In this document: one piece after another, positions 17,038 through 26,379 of the stretch
Numbering within the stretch: the stretch's first letter is position 1
Layout: each line of letters opens with the position of its first letter
From: an uncultured Candidatus Saccharibacteria bacterium
GTDB taxonomy: Bacteria > Patescibacteriota > UBA1384 > CAJBMM01
Direction: 5' to 3'
Assembly: GCA_964561525.1 (NCBI GenBank)
Contig: CAZLPY010000002.1
Coordinates: 1-32,800 of the forward strand
Length of the DNA: 32,800 bases
Made by a program: the position numbers and the translations under genes
The notes under the pieces: model-generated
Told to the model about the DNA's origin: nothing
The model's database searches: none
What the model saw: only the letters and a program-made list of their open reading frames with translations

Positions 17038-17790
17038 ATGTATACAGAACTATTTCAGGAGCTTGGATTAGCTCAAAACGAGGCGCGGATTTACGAAACG
17101 TTGCTTCGAGAAGGAGAGTCGTCTGTCGGTCATATTTCTGCAGAAGCAAAAGTGCATCGGCGAAATGTGTATGACTCCCTCAACCGACTAATCGAAAAAG
17201 GATTAGTATTTGAGATCATGCAGCGCAATGAAAACCGCTATCAGCCAGTAGACCCACACAAACTAGCAGAAACAATTGACGAAAAACAACATGCGCTTTC
17301 AAAAGTAATGCCGGAATTAGAAAAGCTCTATCAAGGCAAACCTCATCACGACGAAGTGTATGTGTATCGTGGCCTCGAGGGCTGGAAAAACTACATGCGC
17401 GAGATATTGCGCGTCGGCGAGGACTGGTATTCGATTGGAGCGAAAGCTGCCTTAAACAGCCATAAGCTACCCGGTTTTTTTGAGATGTTTCGTACGGAGT
17501 TAGGAAAGAAGAACATCACTTCTTATAACCTCTATGATCCGAGTGTCAAAGGAACCGAATACGAAGGTCATTTGGGCTCGTCTTATCGCTTTTTGCCCAA
17601 AGAATATCACACTTCCTGCACGGTCATTATCCTGGCCGATCGGATCTTTTTGTTCTCCGGTATCACGCTCGGTGATTTCAACGAAGACTTTTCGTTCACC
17701 GTGATCGTGAACGCAGAGCTCGCCAAAGCTTATAAAATTTGGTGGCAATTTATGTGGGATATGTGCCCAGCGGTTAAAAAACCAAAATGA
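17038..17790 (+). CDS. TrmB-like transcriptional regulator (module B)
   Basis: FQELGLAQNEARIYETLL...HRRNVYDSLNRLIEKGLV; VYRGLEG; WQFMWD; ATG 17038 fits the GAGGAG spacing better than GTG 17032. Confidence 0.88.
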   Translation: MYTELFQELGLAQNEARIYETLLREGESSVGHISAEAKVHRRNVYDSLNRLIEKGLVFEIMQRNENRYQPVDPHKLAETIDEKQHALSKVMPELEKLYQGKPHHDEVYVYRGLEGWKNYMREILRVGEDWYSIGAKAALNSHKLPGFFEMFRTELGKKNITSYNLYDPSVKGTEYEGHLGSSYRFLPKEYHTSCTVIILADRIFLFSGITLGDFNEDFSFTVIVNAELAKAYKIWWQFMWDMCPAVKKPK

Positions 17791-17853
17791 ACTACTAACA
17801 AGTCCTAAATTTAGATTGGGAATTCGGCAGATTTTTTGTCGAGCAGGGATACT

Positions 17854-19095
17854 TTATGTCTGATTGTTAGGGGATGAGTGAAACGCCAACGTTAGAGCAG
17901 CGGCGAACCAGATGACGAGGTCGTTTTTCCATAACGAATTATCCACCATACCAAGTATCACAAACGCCATGAGCAATACCGCTCCTAGGGCCGCTGTAGC
18001 CGATTTTCGGCGGTAAGCTGACCGAACAGCTATACCAATGAGCCCTACCAGTCCTACAAGCCCCGCCAAGCCAAACAATAACCAAGTATAAAGAAAGATG
18101 TTATGCGGATGCACCGCGTAGGGCGTAATGAACTCATCAAAGTTTGGCTGATGCAAGGTAAACTGCTGGAACGTATCATGAAATGAAGTCAGGCCAATAC
18201 CGAATATTGGATGCGATGTAATGAGCCCCCAGCTTTTTTGCCAAATGTGTACTCGAATGTCCGCATTGTCAGGGTGGCGCAGCGCTACAAAAGTCAACAC
18301 GATAGGATTATACAGCAGTAAGGTTGTTGCAAAAACGCCGAGGCTGAGGCGCTTCTTGCCGGCAGACCACAGTAACCACAATACGGTAGCAAGGATCGCC
18401 GCTACCACGCCGCCTCGCGAACCAGTCGCAAGGATTGCAGCTCCGATCACCCCAACAACCCACAGATCACTGGCGCGTTTCAGCAACACCAAGCTTGCTA
18501 CCAAACTGAGTACCAGTACCATGGCAAGTGCATTGGGAGAGTTAAACAATCCGACAACTCGATGAACAGTCAGATATTGTGACGTCTCTGGAACGCCTAC
18601 GCTCCACCTAGTAGCAACCGCGGGGATAAGCTGCACTAGACCAAGGACGGCCAGCCCAATGCCTTGCGCTCGCATACCGCGGATCATCACGGTAACGGTA
18701 CCTTCGGTCAACGCTCGCGAAAACATCCAGTAGCTTAAGCACAGCGGCACCACCCAACCTTTGATGATGCCAAGGGCGGTGTGCTTATCTGGTGAGACGA
18801 CAAACCCAATGATCGCAACCATAGCTACGATGATCAAACTGATTATTTCGGCAGAGTGTAAAGTGCGCCATTTGGGGTAGGCTACCCAAGCCGCAATTGC
18901 AAAGGCATAGATCAGTATCTCGAGCACATTGGTTGGAATCCCAAAAAGCGAAAAATGAATAAGATAGAGGAACGATAATCCAGGAAGCAATAAAACTAAA
19001 TTCGAAATTCGTTCGCGAGGAACGAGGGTAGGCTCTGCCGCCATTTCGAAATTCGAAATTTTGCCTGAATTTATTTTACCCGCCTCCTGCTTCAT
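17854..19095 (-). CDS. O-antigen ligase/polymerase family membrane protein (WaaL/Wzy_C)
   Basis: RVVGLFNSPNALA, TGSRGG, RVHIW, HPIFGIG and HPHNIFL; start uncertain. Confidence 0.88.
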   Translation of the reverse strand: MKQEAGKINSGKISNFEMAAEPTLVPRERISNLVLLLPGLSFLYLIHFSLFGIPTNVLEILIYAFAIAAWVAYPKWRTLHSAEIISLIIVAMVAIIGFVVSPDKHTALGIIKGWVVPLCLSYWMFSRALTEGTVTVMIRGMRAQGIGLAVLGLVQLIPAVATRWSVGVPETSQYLTVHRVVGLFNSPNALAMVLVLSLVASLVLLKRASDLWVVGVIGAAILATGSRGGVVAAILATVLWLLWSAGKKRLSLGVFATTLLLYNPIVLTFVALRHPDNADIRVHIWQKSWGLITSHPIFGIGLTSFHDTFQQFTLHQPNFDEFITPYAVHPHNIFLYTWLLFGLAGLVGLVGLIGIAVRSAYRRKSATAALGAVLLMAFVILGMVDNSLWKNDLVIWFAAALTLAFHSSPNNQT

Positions 19096-19098
19096 ATT

Positions 19099-20526
19099 TT
19101 ATGCCTTACGTTTTGACTCGGCAAAAATAATATTCTGCACCGCAATCGCTAACCCAAACAGCACCCAAATGTGCATAATGTAAAAGGTAGAGAAAAACTG
19201 GTATTGCGCTAACACGCCAACGATCGCTGCGACCAACCCAAGCATGGTGGCGCGTAAAAACGGATCTTTTGCGGCAAACAAGGCCTGCATTGACCGTAAC
19301 AGCAGTAAATACAAAAATAGGATGCAAGCTACCGCCCCGACCATCCCGGTCTCAGCCAGTATTTCAAGTGGTCCGTTGTTCACAATGGCCCAGCCGTCTT
19401 TCGGCAGCTCAGTCGGATAGCCAGCCACCCAGGGCCCGAAGTTACCGATGCCAACACCGGTGTACGGTGATTGATTAAACGCTTCAATAGCTTGATCAAA
19501 GGTGCTCAAACGCTGCTCCGTGCTGGCATCTGCCTGAATCTGGGTAAAGTGTTTTTGCACTTCATCGATCGATTTTTGCCCCAGATTGGAAAAGTTCAAT
19601 AAAGCTGCCACGGCGATAATCACCAAAAAACTACCGAACAGCGTGCTTAGTATGACGGTAGGGCGCAGCACAAAAAATACGCTACCGAGCAGTATCACTA
19701 CCAAACTAGCGGCCATCCCCACGTAGCCGCCACGCGCCAAGGTTAAAATTAAGACCAAGCCTGGCACGGTGATCACTGCTGCCAAAAACCACCAAGCATA
19801 GTGGCTCACTCGACGGAGGCCGTACGTTAACGCCAACGACAATGGGATCATTAAAAAGTTCGCTAAATAAAGTGGTTCAAGCGCTGTAGCCTGGATGCGC
19901 GGGAATCCAAATACGGCCTTAGTGTAGAGCTCGCGCAGACCGGTTAGTGCGGTAGGTAGGCCAATAATATCGCCAACAAATTGATACAAACCAAACAGCG
20001 ATACCAGAAACGTAGTGATGAATAGCACCCGCACCACTCGATCAACGGCTGCTTTGTCCTGAACCAGCGCTGGGATGATCCAGATTGTGAGTGAAGTAAA
20101 GATCATAAAGACACACACTTCAAGGCCACGGGTAATAGCTTGCATGTGCCAAAACGAACTGAGAAGTGCGATCAAAAAAAGTAGATACGCCGGCGCATAC
20201 GGCGATAACGTCAGCCAAAAGGTGCGCCGCTGCAGGGCTCGTAGCATAAAACTAATGAGCAAACTGATCAAAATAACTTGGCTGATGCGAACCGTCACTC
20301 CGCCAACTTGGAGTGAGGGGATGCGCTCAAATGGTAAGGCGAAAATAAATACCATGAGGCCAATTTTGGCATCAATCAGTTCAAGGGTAACCAAGGTGAC
20401 CACAAGCAGCAACCCTAACAACATAGCGGGAACGGTCACTAAATTACGGGCGAAGCTCACCCCAATCAGTATCGCCAGCAAAAACATCAAAACAACATAT
20501 GTGGGTTGCAAGATACTACGACGCAT
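19099..20526 (-). CDS. O-antigen ligase family membrane protein
   Basis: Start moved to MRRSILQP; RIQATALEP, TLARGG, SPYTGVGIGNF and LAETGMVG. Confidence 0.85.
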   Translation of the reverse strand: MRRSILQPTYVVLMFLLAILIGVSFARNLVTVPAMLLGLLLVVTLVTLELIDAKIGLMVFIFALPFERIPSLQVGGVTVRISQVILISLLISFMLRALQRRTFWLTLSPYAPAYLLFLIALLSSFWHMQAITRGLEVCVFMIFTSLTIWIIPALVQDKAAVDRVVRVLFITTFLVSLFGLYQFVGDIIGLPTALTGLRELYTKAVFGFPRIQATALEPLYLANFLMIPLSLALTYGLRRVSHYAWWFLAAVITVPGLVLILTLARGGYVGMAASLVVILLGSVFFVLRPTVILSTLFGSFLVIIAVAALLNFSNLGQKSIDEVQKHFTQIQADASTEQRLSTFDQAIEAFNQSPYTGVGIGNFGPWVAGYPTELPKDGWAIVNNGPLEILAETGMVGAVACILFLYLLLLRSMQALFAAKDPFLRATMLGLVAAIVGVLAQYQFFSTFYIMHIWVLFGLAIAVQNIIFAESKRKA

Positions 20527-20554
20527 CGCTATGATACTTTCTTTGATATAAACG

Positions 20555-21382
20555 TTAGTTGTGCACGTGGGAAGCACGACGAGGGTGAGCCAGGTCAAGT
20601 AAACGGGTCGGCAAACCGCCACCACTCCGCCACGAATATCGAATGCGAAATGCCCATTTATCATACCACGTTCCGCGCTGCTCTACATAACGGCGTGCGT
20701 CACGAAACCAACCGCTCGGCACCACCAACATGTCATGAAAATCGCAGTACAATATACCACCATAGCGTACCCGTACCTGGTCTAACACGCGCGACACTAC
20801 ACCGTTATGCAGCAGATTCTCAGCCCACAGCAGTACGGCCAAGTCCTGCGATGCAGGCACGTGCATCCGTTTTATGGCGCTCGTGCGCACCAAGCACAAT
20901 GCCCCAGCAAAATGAGCTTGTGCATCAGTGTGCACCTCGTGCATTCCTCGGAGATGAAACGGCCATTTACCTGCTTGAGCTGCACCGTAATACACACCAC
21001 TGCCATCTTGACGCACTACCGCAGGAAGCAATAATCCTATTTCAGAATACCGATTAAAAGCATCCGCCAGTTGGTGAATAGTGCTCGGTTCAACGAGGGT
21101 TCCCGCCTCGATGATAATCAAGCCGAGAGCGCTGCTGTAGCGTGCTCGCTCAATGGCTTGCTCCAACAGCGTTGATTGTAGCGCGTGTGGAGACGATAAA
21201 ATGGGCAATCCGCGAAAATCTCGCGCTACCGCGGTTCTGATTGCATGCTCACCATACGGTATCAAAATCACTATTTCATGATTGCGGTATCTGCTAGCCA
21301 GTACCGAATGAATGGTGGTGTAGACCTGGGCTAAGTCGCCATGTGCCACGATCATCGTTAGAAACTTGGGTTGGACGTGCAT
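20555..21382 (-). CDS. Degenerate glycosyltransferase family 2-like protein
   Basis: TIHSVLASRYRNHEIVIL resembles a GT2 N-terminus; the expected Asp motifs are missing. Confidence 0.55.
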   Translation of the reverse strand: MHVQPKFLTMIVAHGDLAQVYTTIHSVLASRYRNHEIVILIPYGEHAIRTAVARDFRGLPILSSPHALQSTLLEQAIERARYSSALGLIIIEAGTLVEPSTIHQLADAFNRYSEIGLLLPAVVRQDGSGVYYGAAQAGKWPFHLRGMHEVHTDAQAHFAGALCLVRTSAIKRMHVPASQDLAVLLWAENLLHNGVVSRVLDQVRVRYGGILYCDFHDMLVVPSGWFRDARRYVEQRGTWYDKWAFRIRYSWRSGGGLPTRLLDLAHPRRASHVHN

Positions 21383-21493
21383 GATTTCTCCTCATAGCCG
21401 CCCCTCCATTAGCGAATAACACGATATTGTTGCACATTCGCGACATAGATGCAAGATTTCTATCGATTTACCACAAAAAATAGCGATAAATAA

Positions 21494-21563
21494 TCAATGA
21501 CAAATTTCTAATTACTAAATAATGACATAATGTCTAAATGCTCATTGGAGACTTGGGAATTAA
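21494..21563. repeat. Heptamer array (TAATGAC type)
   Basis: CAATGAC AAATTTC TAATTAC TAAATAA TGACA TAATGTC ... TCATTGG AGACTTG GGAATTA. Confidence 0.7.
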
Positions 21564-22808
21564 TTAGGCATTTTCTTGAGCCAGCTGTTCTTCGATACGC
21601 AGCAGTTCGTTGTATTTTGCCACACGCTCACCGCGAGCAGGAGCACCAAATTTTACATACGGTACACTCATCCCCACTGCAAGATGAGCCGCCAGTGTCC
21701 CTTCTGTATCACCGGAGCGGTGCGACAGTATCGGTGTGTATCCCAGTGTTTTCGCCTCCTCAATGGCCTCAATGGCACCGGTAAGCGTGCCAATTTGAGT
21801 CGGTTTAATCATAATGGCGTTAGCGATTTTATCGGCTGCCCCTTTCCGTAAGCGGATGGCGTTGGTCGAAAAAATGTCGTCACCGATAACCATCATCTTG
21901 CTCCCAAGACGCTCTGTGAGGGTGATCCAGTTCGCCCAATCCTGATCAGCCAAACCGTCTTCAATGCCGATGAACGGAAAAATAGCCTGCAATTTTTCGA
22001 ATTTATTGATTAAGTACTCTGCCGGTACATCACCTTGATGATGCGCCAAGTGATACAGTTGCGCATCGGTAAACAAATTGCTCGCTGCCTCGTCAAGCAT
22101 AATGCCGATACTATCTTTGGAGTAGCCTGCCGCTTCTGTGCCTTGAACAATCAAACTCATACCCTGATCGGTGGTAGCGCCCGGTACCGCATAGCCGCCT
22201 TCATCTCCGACTTTTTGATTGAAGCCGCGCTGCCGTAGTAGCGTTCCCACCGCGTGATAAATTTCAGTGCCAATGCGCAGCGCCTCATGGTAAGGCATCT
22301 CGCCCCGAATCACTATGTTAAATTCCTGGGTATCGGTCGAAAATGAGGCCAGCTTGCCGCCGTTAAAAATTGTCAAAATGGGTGCCGGCAACACGGTACC
22401 CGGACCAAAATAAGCATGGAGTGGCGTTCGATTACGATGCGCCATGGCCAGCGCGAAGGCCGAAGAGATCGCTAAAATGCCGTTGGCACCATATTTTTCT
22501 AAGCTGGGGGTGCCATCGAGGCCGACTAGATACTGATCGATCATTTTTTGCGAGGTCAATTCAACATCAATCAGGGAGGGTACTAGATATTGATTGATAT
22601 TTTCCACCGCACGCAACACCCCACGCCCACGCAGCCGCCCTAAATCACCGTCCCGCAGCTCATGCATTTCGTACGAGCCGATCGATGCTCCGCTGGAAAC
22701 TTGTCCTAAACCACGACCGCCGCCCTCCAATTCAAGCTCAACCTCGACGGTGGGATCTGCTCGGGAGTCAATAATCTCGCGGGCATGGATCGATTTGATT
22801 TTGGGCAT
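21564..22808 (-). CDS. eno: Enolase (phosphopyruvate hydratase), divergent
   Basis: AREIIDSR, SGASIG, GDEGG, IEDG, GDD, SHRSG and ERVAKYNELLRIEE. Confidence 0.92.
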   Translation of the reverse strand: MPKIKSIHAREIIDSRADPTVEVELELEGGGRGLGQVSSGASIGSYEMHELRDGDLGRLRGRGVLRAVENINQYLVPSLIDVELTSQKMIDQYLVGLDGTPSLEKYGANGILAISSAFALAMAHRNRTPLHAYFGPGTVLPAPILTIFNGGKLASFSTDTQEFNIVIRGEMPYHEALRIGTEIYHAVGTLLRQRGFNQKVGDEGGYAVPGATTDQGMSLIVQGTEAAGYSKDSIGIMLDEAASNLFTDAQLYHLAHHQGDVPAEYLINKFEKLQAIFPFIGIEDGLADQDWANWITLTERLGSKMMVIGDDIFSTNAIRLRKGAADKIANAIMIKPTQIGTLTGAIEAIEEAKTLGYTPILSHRSGDTEGTLAAHLAVGMSVPYVKFGAPARGERVAKYNELLRIEEQLAQENA

Positions 22809-22867
22809 ACAGTAATACTCCTACTGATAGTATGCCTCAACAAGGGACTGGGGGGCAATGGCGTGGG

Positions 22868-22976
22868 AACGACGAATGTCTAAAATTAGCACTGGGATTT
22901 ATTTAGTCATTCGACATTACCCATTCGGCTGCGCTCAGGGTAAGCTGAGCACTGTCGAAGCTTAGAAATTAGATAT
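22868..22976. repeat. Heptamer array with an embedded palindromic REP-like unit
   Basis: GTCATTC GACATTA [TTCGGCTGCGCTCAG GGTAAG CTGAGCACTGTCGAA] GCTTAGAAATTAGATATT. Confidence 0.7.
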
Positions 22977-24053
22977 TCACTTGTTCACGACTTGATGATA
23001 AACATCGAGCGTTTCCTTAGCACATCTCTCCCACGAAAAACGCTGTGCTTGTGTATGGCCTTTTGCAATCATCTGCGCACGAAAATCCGACTGCTGCAAC
23101 AGGCGAGCGATTCCCGAAACCCACGCACTCTGGTCATGAGGCGAGAGCGTGATGCCGCCATCGCCAACCACCTCAGGTAGTGATGAAGTATTGCTCGAAA
23201 TAACCGGGGTACCGCAGGTCATCGCCTCAAGCGGTGGCAGCCCAAATCCTTCGTAAATTGAGGGGAATAAAAAGATATCGGTGCCATGATACAGGGCCGG
23301 TTTATCAGCGTCCTGAACATAGCCAGTAAAGCGTACGTCATCCTCAAGCCCAAGTTTGGTCACCAAGCGGAAAAGCTGGTCGTAGTGCCAGCCTTTTTTG
23401 CCGGTGATGACCAGTGTATGGGGCAGATGATGCTCCTTTTTTGCTTGAAAAAACACCTTGACTAAAAATTCCAAATTCTTGCGCGGATTGATGGTGCCAA
23501 CGTTCAGCAGATATGGGCTGGTGATGCCGTACTTTTCACACACCGCATCAACCTGCTTTGGGCTGACAACTTGCCTAAATTCTTGTCCAGCCGCTAAATG
23601 AATCACTGATATGCGCTCTGCCTCTATCCCCAGTTTTTGCACAATATCGTCTTTAGAATGATTCGAAATGGTAATAAAATGATCGGCAAAGTGATACGAA
23701 TAGGGCATCCATTTGGAGTAAAATTGGCGGGAGAAAAAGGGAATGTTGGTGTGAAATAGGCTAATCACATCGTGAATGGTCACAATTTTTTTACCCGAGT
23801 ACAGGATTGGCACCGAAAACGCTGGCTGATGTAGTAAATCCACCCGGGCCGAGCGGGCAGCGAGCGGTAGCGTTACTTGATCCCACCACAGGCGCCCAGG
23901 AGTAGATAGATCGTCCTGCCGCTCGGGATAAAATAACTCAAACTGATCATCGCTCGACACTTCCTTGAGCGCCCGGGTTAAATTTTCCACATAAAACCCA
24001 AAGCCGGTCTTTTCCCCTAGAGTAGTCTGTGCATCTATACCAATTCGCAACAA
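22977..24053 (-). CDS. Glycosyltransferase family 4 (GT-B)
   Basis: [19 protein letters not shown] and [16 protein letters not shown]; TTG start with GGAGG RBS. Confidence 0.94.
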   Translation of the reverse strand: MLRIGIDAQTTLGEKTGFGFYVENLTRALKEVSSDDQFELFYPERQDDLSTPGRLWWDQVTLPLAARSARVDLLHQPAFSVPILYSGKKIVTIHDVISLFHTNIPFFSRQFYSKWMPYSYHFADHFITISNHSKDDIVQKLGIEAERISVIHLAAGQEFRQVVSPKQVDAVCEKYGITSPYLLNVGTINPRKNLEFLVKVFFQAKKEHHLPHTLVITGKKGWHYDQLFRLVTKLGLEDDVRFTGYVQDADKPALYHGTDIFLFPSIYEGFGLPPLEAMTCGTPVISSNTSSLPEVVGDGGITLSPHDQSAWVSGIARLLQQSDFRAQMIAKGHTQAQRFSWERCAKETLDVYHQVVNK

Positions 24054-24173
24054 AACCTCCGGTTTCTAGTATGGATGATACCAAGTTTGGGCTGCTTCGT
24101 CGATCAAGATTTGCTAAAGTCGTAACTTGGGATAGACTAACAATGCAGACTCTTACAAGTGGAGGAGGTAGGA

Positions 24174-24455
24174 ATGGCCCAAGTAACGCTCGACAACTTA
24201 GCCGTTATGGTTCAACAAGGATTTACCGAGTTACGTGACGAATTAATTTCGCGTATGGATGCTCGATTTGATAAAATTGAGGACGAGCTGCGCTATATCC
24301 GCAATGATATTCGCTTGTTAAGCATGCGCCTGGACGCATTCGAGAAAAAGACTAACGAGGACTCCGATGTATACCGTCATGAGATTGTGGACCTGCGCCG
24401 CCACATCCAGTTGCTCGAAAAGCGCTTAGTCAAGCTCGAAAAAGCCCGAGGTTAA
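24174..24455 (+). CDS. Small coiled-coil hypothetical protein
   Basis: Start moved to MAQVTLDNL (GGAGGAGG RBS); heptad pattern throughout. Confidence 0.75.
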   Translation: MAQVTLDNLAVMVQQGFTELRDELISRMDARFDKIEDELRYIRNDIRLLSMRLDAFEKKTNEDSDVYRHEIVDLRRHIQLLEKRLVKLEKARG

Positions 24456-25177
24456 CCCTCCGCCGCTTGCCACATAAATTCAAAACAGGCCCGGAAGGTA
24501 TCTACAATTCCTGATCCTTCGATGACGATGGTGTGGATGTCCGTATCGTATGAAACTAAAGCTAATTTGTTTTCATAGAGAATAATATCAGTCGACAGTG
24601 GGTTTGCGCCCGGCCAATAGCGGATTTCCTGCTGCGGTTTTTTGAAAAAACGTTCGTATGCCACTGGTCCAGCTTGTGTGGCGATTAACTCTCGAACTCG
24701 CACGTTGTTCTGTGCGATGCGCTTGGCCAAATCTGGTGAATACTGCCCCCATATTTTGACCACAAACTCGGGCGAATAAATATTATCATAGGCCTTGATG
24801 GTCGTTAAATACTCATAAATTGCTCGCACCTCTTCTTTGCCCTCGTAAAACCGCACCTTTGGCTTATTGGGCGCTCTATTATAAACCGATCGCAGCTCCG
24901 GCATCAATTGATTCAAGCGCTCCCAGCGATTTTTTAGCGTGCGCGATAGCACTTGGGGATCCTCCGCTACGTATCGCCGGCGATTATTTTTTTCGAAATA
25001 ACTGACCAGCCCTTTTTTCATCAGCGTATCGAGCACTAAATAACAATTCGGCCGAATAATATCGGCTTTTTTAGCGATTGGCTGCACTGTCGAGTCACCT
25101 AATTCAAGCAGCGCCACGTACACCCGTGACTCTTTTTCATCTAGCCCTAATTCCTGCAAAACGTTTATATCATCCAT
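24452..25177 (-). CDS. TrmB-like transcriptional regulator (module C)
   Basis: LQELGLDEKESRVYVALLELG...RPNCY; KPKVRFYEG; FEFMWQAA. Confidence 0.9.
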   Translation of the reverse strand: MDDINVLQELGLDEKESRVYVALLELGDSTVQPIAKKADIIRPNCYLVLDTLMKKGLVSYFEKNNRRRYVAEDPQVLSRTLKNRWERLNQLMPELRSVYNRAPNKPKVRFYEGKEEVRAIYEYLTTIKAYDNIYSPEFVVKIWGQYSPDLAKRIAQNNVRVRELIATQAGPVAYERFFKKPQQEIRYWPGANPLSTDIILYENKLALVSYDTDIHTIVIEGSGIVDTFRACFEFMWQAAEG

Positions 25178-25182
25178 TCGTA

Positions 25183-25213
25183 TTATCGTATATTATTTAC
25201 TACGATAAATCAA
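25183..25213 (-). promoter_or_regulatory. trmB(C) promoter with overlapping palindromic operator
   Basis: TTGATT, 17 bp, TACGAT, 7 nt to ATG; palindrome TTATCGTA-N10-TACGATAA (25183-25208). Confidence 0.7.
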
Positions 25214-25270
25214 CATATTGAGCTTAGGTGGGAATAACAAGATTAGATTTTATGAATATTATGATCGATA

Positions 25271-25367
25271 ATCGTATATGATACTTGACATTATCCCAAT
25301 AACATGCTATGATGTCCTATCGCTTAGGAAATACATATTCACTTAAGCGAGAACCTAAACAAAGGAG
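25271..25367 (+). promoter_or_regulatory. Module C cargo promoter, leader hairpin and boxA-like motif
   Basis: TTGACA (25285), 17 bp, TATGAT with extended TG; TCGCTTA...TAAGCGA (25320-25350); GAACCTAAACAA; AGGAG. Confidence 0.75.
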
Positions 25368-25374
25368 CTTAGAT

Positions 25375-25890
25375 ATGGCCAGTATGTTTCCACCTGTGGG
25401 CATGTTGATCGTTGGTGCATTGTTTGTCGGCGCAGGCATCAGATTCTTCCGCGCGAGCGGAGATATTGGCCCGCATGCGCGTTATGAGAAGGGTTTCCTA
25501 CGAGACGTGTATCGCTTATGCGGAGTCGGAATGTTTATCTTCGCCTGTTTGAGCCTCGGTACGCGTTCTCCTCGACCTGAAGCCAATGAATGGGCCTACT
25601 ACACCAGCTACCGTAGCGAGAAGAAGCTGAGCTGGCTCAAGCCAGAGATTAGCACTTACTACGGACCATTCGACTCCTCCGCCAAGATAATCCAGGACGG
25701 TGAAGGGTATGCCATCGTCATTCCGGCTAAAAAGCTTCGAGTGACTGAATACCCGGTGATTAACGGTCGCTATGAGCACGTTCGTTACATCTGGCTGCAA
25801 AAGCCGGGTGGGCGTATGATCGGATGCTGGGATACTCTTTATGGCGACTGGTACAAGACAGACTATGGCAACTGGCATCCCCCGGGATAA
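25375..25890 (+). CDS. Hypothetical membrane protein with two TM helices (cargo C1)
   Basis: Start moved to MASMFPP because ATG 25309 lies inside the -10 box; two hydrophobic segments then an aromatic-rich domain. Confidence 0.7.
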   Translation: MASMFPPVGMLIVGALFVGAGIRFFRASGDIGPHARYEKGFLRDVYRLCGVGMFIFACLSLGTRSPRPEANEWAYYTSYRSEKKLSWLKPEISTYYGPFDSSAKIIQDGEGYAIVIPAKKLRVTEYPVINGRYEHVRYIWLQKPGGRMIGCWDTLYGDWYKTDYGNWHPPG

Positions 25891-25897
25891 GTACCTA

Positions 25898-25926
25898 CAG
25901 CCCCAACGCGAAACGCGTTGGGGCTG
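25898..25926 (+). promoter_or_regulatory. Intercistronic perfect hairpin
   Basis: CAGCCCCAACGCG-AAA-CGCGTTGGGGCTG with no U-tract, followed by GTAACCTTAA and ATCTAG. Confidence 0.7.
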
Positions 25927-25965
25927 GTAACCTTAATGGCACATCTAGCCGAGAGGAGAATCGAT

Positions 25966-26334
25966 ATGAGCACAGGAATGTACGTACTTTTTGCCGCAAT
26001 CACCTTTGCGAGTTTCTGCGGAGCAATGAGTGTAGCAACAAAAACACATGTGAGACGCTACGAGGTCATTTTTATTTTGTGCATCCTGATATGCTCTACA
26101 AGTGGAGCATGGCTCTTTGGCAATCTGTTAGTATTGTTTACCGGTAATCCGGAGCATCGCGAGCACAGAAAGGTCAGCTTCATCGTTTTGGAGAAGCGCA
26201 TTGAGGACCACCACGACAGGACTGGGCATATTGGTACACCTATGCTGCTTGACCAGGACAGACACAAGCACTATGTCGAGGAAAGCTTATTCAACCGTGC
26301 TCATGAAGGTCAGCCAATTACATTTGAGAAGTAG
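25966..26334 (+). CDS. Hypothetical membrane protein with two TM helices (cargo C2)
   Basis: Start moved to MSTGMY (GAGGAG RBS); C-terminal small beta domain ending FNRAHEGQPITF. Confidence 0.7.
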   Translation: MSTGMYVLFAAITFASFCGAMSVATKTHVRRYEVIFILCILICSTSGAWLFGNLLVLFTGNPEHREHRKVSFIVLEKRIEDHHDRTGHIGTPMLLDQDRHKHYVEESLFNRAHEGQPITFEK

Positions 26335-26348
26335 GGAATCGAACTATC

Positions 26349-26379
26349 CACCTCGCGTCGTCTCGACGTGGGGTGTTTT
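26349..26379 (+). terminator. Module C terminator
   Basis: CACCTCGCGTCG-TCT-CGACGTGGGGTG-TTTT. Confidence 0.8.

Noticed and set aside
11102-17790. Prophage or IS element
   Set aside because: No integrase, transposase, terminase or structural genes, and no terminal repeats recognised
20075-21057. Plus-strand ORFs of 158 and 183 aa
   Set aside because: Antisense to the ligase and GT2-like genes, which fit the minus-strand operon
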